Origin: Rebecca billardiae RCC1528
Lineage: Eukaryota > Protista > Haptophyta
DNA length: 64,000 bases
NCBI GenBank assembly: GCA_965240325.2
Contig: OZ251229.1
Span: 2,790,001-2,854,000 of the forward strand
Direction: 5' to 3'
The translations under genes were made by a program, and so were the position numbers. The notes under the pieces were generated by a model. The model saw nothing but the letters and a program-made list of their open reading frames with translations, was not told the DNA's origin and did not search any database. This document shows, one piece after another, positions 60,191 through 64,000 of this stretch. The number at the start of each line of letters is the position of its first letter. The stretch's first letter is position 1.

Positions 60191-61786
60191 ATGCTCCGCG
60201 GCTCCGGGAAGGGCGCGAGCCGCCACGCGACCCTCATCCTGCTCATCTTCGGGCCCGTCTCGCACCTGCTCGGCGGGCTCAAGCTCGTCGACGCTGCGGC
60301 GTGCGCCTCCTGCGACGGAGGCGAGCTGCTGTGCAGCACGAACACGGACACCGACCACCTCTTTGGCGCGGACGACTCGGGAGGCTACACCGGGCGGGAC
60401 AAGCTCTGGTCGTTTACGAACACCTATGGCGTGGACATCAAGCTTACGGTCAACACGCAGTCAACCCTCCGAGACTTCGGTGACTCGACCGCGATCTCGA
60501 TCTACAGCGACGAGGCGCTCACGACCCTCGTGGACCAGGATGGCACCGCCTGCGCAACCTATGGGCCTTATTCGGACGCGGGTCTGACGGTCACCGTCAG
60601 CTCGGGCACCACCGTCTACGCGCTTATCGACGGCAAGCAAGACGGCTGGGCATACGACGATTACAGTGAAACCAAAGTCAATCTCAACATCTGCTGCTCG
60701 CTCACCTCCGCCACCCCCGATGTGTGCTCGACGAGCTTCAGCAGCGATGGCGATTGCACCGATTCGTTTGCATCAGCGCCTCCCAGCCCACCCTCTCCTC
60801 CGCCCTCGCCGCCGCCAAGCCCGCCGCCCTCGCCTCCCCCATCACCGCCGCCGCCGAGCCCGCCGCCATCGCCGCCGCCATCACCGCTGCCGCCGAGCCC
60901 GCCGCCATCGCCGCCGCCGAGCCCGCCGCCATCCCCACCGCCGAGCCCGCCGCCATTGCCGCCGCCCTCGCCACCGCCATCGCCGCCGCCGCCGAGCCCG
61001 CCGCCATCGCCGCCGCCAAGCCCGCCGCCCACGCCGCCGCCGAGCCCGCCGCCATCGCCGCCGCCGAGCCCGCCGCCATCCCCACCGCCGAGCCCGCCGC
61101 CATCGCCACCGCCAAGTCCACCGCCGTCGCCGCCACCGAGCCCACCGCCGTCGCCACCACCGAGCCCGCCGCCCACGCCGCCGCCGAGCCCGCCGCCATC
61201 GCCGCCGCCTAGCCCGCCGCCCACGCCGCCGCCGAGCCCGCCGCCATCGCCGCCGCCGAGCCCGCCGCCATCCCCACCGCCGAGCCCGCCGCCATCGCCA
61301 CCGCCAAGTCCACCGCCGTCGCCACCACCGAGCCCACCGCCGTCGCCACCACCGAGCCCGCCGCCGCCCAGTCCACCACCGAGCCCTCCCCCAAGTCCGC
61401 CGCCCGCACTCGTCGTGGGCGTCGACTGCATCTGCACGTCGGACGCCGCCCTGCTCGGGTCCGCACGCCGGCAGCTCGGCGCACTGCCACACATCTCTGA
61501 CGCGGTGGAGGAGCGCGAGGAGGCGCATGAGGAGGGTCGCGGGCGTGGCCGCGGGCGCCGTCGCCCGGCAGCCGCGCGCACTGCGCGCGGGGCCAACGGC
61601 TGGCGCGACGCGGGTGCGGCGCAGAGGGCGTCCCCGCCCCACGCGGCCGGCTTCTTCCGGGCGATGGCGCGGAGCGTCTCGCGCATCGGCGCCGCGGGCG
61701 AGCAGCAGCATTCCGCGCCTCAGCGGCGCGAGCTGCTTTTCGGCGGCCTGGCGCTGCTACCGTTGTGCCCGGACTACCTTTGCTGA
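60191..61786 (+). CDS. Secreted beta-sandwich + (SPPP)n glycoprotein, copy 3
   Basis: 531 aa; differs from copy 2 at NAY/NTY and TPV/TLV. Confidence 0.85.
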   Translation: MLRGSGKGASRHATLILLIFGPVSHLLGGLKLVDAAACASCDGGELLCSTNTDTDHLFGADDSGGYTGRDKLWSFTNTYGVDIKLTVNTQSTLRDFGDSTAISIYSDEALTTLVDQDGTACATYGPYSDAGLTVTVSSGTTVYALIDGKQDGWAYDDYSETKVNLNICCSLTSATPDVCSTSFSSDGDCTDSFASAPPSPPSPPPSPPPSPPPSPPPSPPPPSPPPSPPPSPLPPSPPPSPPPSPPPSPPPSPPPLPPPSPPPSPPPPSPPPSPPPSPPPTPPPSPPPSPPPSPPPSPPPSPPPSPPPSPPPSPPPSPPPSPPPSPPPTPPPSPPPSPPPSPPPTPPPSPPPSPPPSPPPSPPPSPPPSPPPSPPPSPPPSPPPSPPPSPPPPSPPPSPPPSPPPALVVGVDCICTSDAALLGSARRQLGALPHISDAVEEREEAHEEGRGRGRGRRRPAAARTARGANGWRDAGAAQRASPPHAAGFFRAMARSVSRIGAAGEQQHSAPQRRELLFGGLALLPLCPDYLC

Positions 61787-62039
61787 CGGCCCACACGCTA
61801 AGCCGGCCGTCTGAGCGAGGCCAGTGCCAGCCGCTCACGACCGCGTCCGGCGGCCAGCCGGCGCTGCGCCTGCATGCCATACACGACGACTGTTGCCAGA
61901 CTGTACGACGATCGACCTGCGGCTGGCCCCGCGCGACGACCGTGTCCGTGGCGGCTTCGTGCTGTGCCGCCGCGATATCGATGTATGATGCGGCGATGAG
62001 TGCATGATGACTATTGACGACTATCAGTATTGACTGTTA

Positions 62040-64000
62040 CAGGCAATCGCGGGCAATAAGGAGCTGTCACGTTACTACTAGCCAACTCGGGCCGAACTGA
62101 CTCGGGGGCTTGGCGGCTTGCTGGCCTGTTTTATTTCTACGAGTACGACTACAGGCTGGTCTCACCAAGAACTTCCCGAGCGCTGCCGACGTGTCCGCGC
62201 TCGCGGCGGGCGAGCACGGGGAATCGGCTGAGTACGATCGCTCGCATCGTGGGTCTAGTCCCCGACAAAATTGTCCGCGGAGCCGCGCGCGTCGCTCACC
62301 TCGTGCCCGGCGCTCCGCCGCGGAGGCGCCGTCACAGTGGTTTTCACAGTGGGCCGAGCAGTCTGAAGTGGCGCTGAACTGAGGTTTCGTCGGGGTTTCC
62401 GCAGTCCGGCGGGCTTCTGCCGCTTCGGACGCCCAGGCGGCATCCATCACCACGAGGTCGGCCACGCGCGGACCTGGCCCGCGCGGAGGCGGAGCATGGC
62501 GCACTGCTTGATGACTGCGCCCGCGCGAGCCGTTCCATGATCGCTGTGGTTACAGCCAAAGCCCCTGCCTCTGTTGGTGGGACCTCGCCAGATGCACTTG
62601 TCACTTGCGCGCCGCTCGAACGGCTCCGAACGAACACGACGAGCACATTGCACTTCGTCGCAGTTGGCTCACTCGCAGCAGGTATTCGAATCTGTCGCAG
62701 TGGAAGCGGGGGGTGCGAGAGCCTACGTACGTCTGTCAAGGGCAGCCGCACGCTTCAACATTGCGAAGGAGTTCCGCCCTGAACAGTGCGGCGGCAAGGC
62801 GGGTTGAGTGTGCTCCAAGCAACATCGTCAGGCACTGATACAGGTGGGGAGGCGCAGGAAGGACGTTGCAACGAGCGCGATGAGGCCCACATACCTCGAC
62901 AGCATGGGAGAGACGCGCTGTGGGACATGAAGACACCTGTCACTCATGCCAGGTCCCACGTTGACCCGCAACGCTCGGCGGCTTCTGCGGGCGAGAACAA
63001 CGACGCAATGTTTCAGTGCTACAGCGAGGGTGGGGATGAGGAGAGGGGCTTGGGGTACGGGCAACCGTGTGAACAACACCACTAGGGGTCGCACGGACCG
63101 AGATCGCGCGCCGTTCATTTTTTGCAGGGGGGTGGGGGTTTGAATCTCGACAACGGCGAGGCGGACAGAGGCGTGCGACCCCTCGTCGGAGAGCTCTCGA
63201 TGCGGCCGATTTAATGGCGCCATCGAGAATTTTCCGCAGACGCAGTGGGACTGAAAAAAAAAATCCAAAGCCTCGGGAAGTTCTGGGTGAGACCAGCCTG
63301 TACGAGAGCCCAACGGCGACATTCGCCAAAACCGGGTAAAATGGCGGCTTGCCCGCTGGTGGTGGGTGCCGGCGCGATTGCGGAGTAGGGATGGCACGTC
63401 GTTGGCGCATGTTCGTACTAGGGCGCTGAGCTGTAGCGAAAGGTGTTGCCAAGGCATGCTGCTTAGCCTTGCCATGGTGCTTCGCCATGACACAGAGGTC
63501 ACTCGCAGCGCACGGCGGTGTGACGATCGCCGCGCCGCGGCGGCAAACCGCAGTTGCGGGCGCGCTGCGAGCTGCAAGCACTCTGCCTTGGCTGCGTCGC
63601 GCCCGTGTCAGTTGTTGAACCAGGACTGTTGAACAACCGATGGGCTGCAAACGATACCAGCTACACTCGCTCCGCCGCCACTTCCTTGTCGAGCGTGAGA
63701 TGCTTCCGTTGCGTGCGCTCGCATGCAGCTTGCCGCCTGCATTTGAACGTGGTCACGGCAGGTTGGTGGGCTGGTTGCTCAGGCCTCCTCGGCGTAGATG
63801 ACGACAGGGTGCGTGCCACGCGCACCCATGACGCGGGAAAGGCGTGCACACGCGTCCTCGCGCATCTGGCAGGCTGCAGTCTTGGCCAAGATGATGCCAG
63901 AACAAGCCTGCCAGTGCCTCGCCGCGCGGGCGCGAGCGCGCAGAGAGATCTGGCTTCTGACCCGTGCTCTTCAGTGTACCTCGTGTGCGACGACGACGAG
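62040..64000. mobile_element. Left part of a CAGGCAATC-family TA transposon (right end not in window)
   Basis: TA|CAGGCAATCGCGGGCAATAAGGAGCTGTCACGTT, identical to the 30697 MITE left end. Extent beyond ~62150 is inferred. Confidence 0.5.
62152..63300. mobile_element. TA-flanked non-autonomous transposon (1149 bp)
   Basis: 29-bp TIRs CAGGCTGGTCTCACC(A/C)AGAACTTCCCGAG with one mismatch (62152-62180 / 63272-63300); TA on both sides. Confidence 0.88.

Larger units (their letters stand above)
48347..62104 (+). repeat. Tandem segmental array, three gene copies, period 5794 bp
   Basis: ORF track repeats at +5794 (50177/55971/61765; 54397/60191). Identity ends after ...CTGACTCG at 50518/56312/62104. 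Confidence 0.95.

Noticed and set aside
48774-61786. Diversity-generating retroelement as the source of head variation
   Set aside because: Substitutions are not adenine-specific, and no reverse transcriptase or template repeat is visible.
49250-61814. Gly-rich antisense and Arg-rich alternative-frame ORFs over the SPPP stalks
   Set aside because: They are reading-frame by-products of the CCG/TCG repeat.

Overview
Very GC-rich eukaryotic nuclear DNA with spliceosomal introns (mostly GTGCG donors, GC-rich bodies, usually CAG acceptors). Ciliary genes, a bipartite-targeted plastid protein, a single-domain EukCat-type channel and a TTAGGG-type repeat point to a flagellated alga with a secondary plastid, probably a haptophyte such as Pavlovales (inference). 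About 13 host genes lie in 1-47.4 kb: GT-A-like glycosyltransferase, single-domain voltage-gated channel, CFAP65, DLST, F-box/ARM protein, hybrid histidine kinase, subtilisin, glyoxalase, ARMC3-like, papain-fold protein, Ldh2-family reductase, TPR-PRMT, plus one frameshifted ORF. From 48.3 to 62.1 kb is a three-copy tandem array (period 5794 bp) of a secreted beta-sandwich + (SPPP)n protein. By eye its head domain differs between copies only by amino-acid-changing substitutions, mostly clustered in three short patches. Intergenic DNA is full of DNA transposons defined here by their ends: CAAGG-terminated elements with 7-bp target duplications (two foldbacks with ~400-bp arms, one with a nested MITE; P/Galileo-like), three TA-flanked CAGG families (one with a pogo-type DDE remnant) and hAT-like MITEs. 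Most long ORFs in the supplied track are antisense or out-of-frame shadows caused by the high GC. All coordinates and counts were read by eye.
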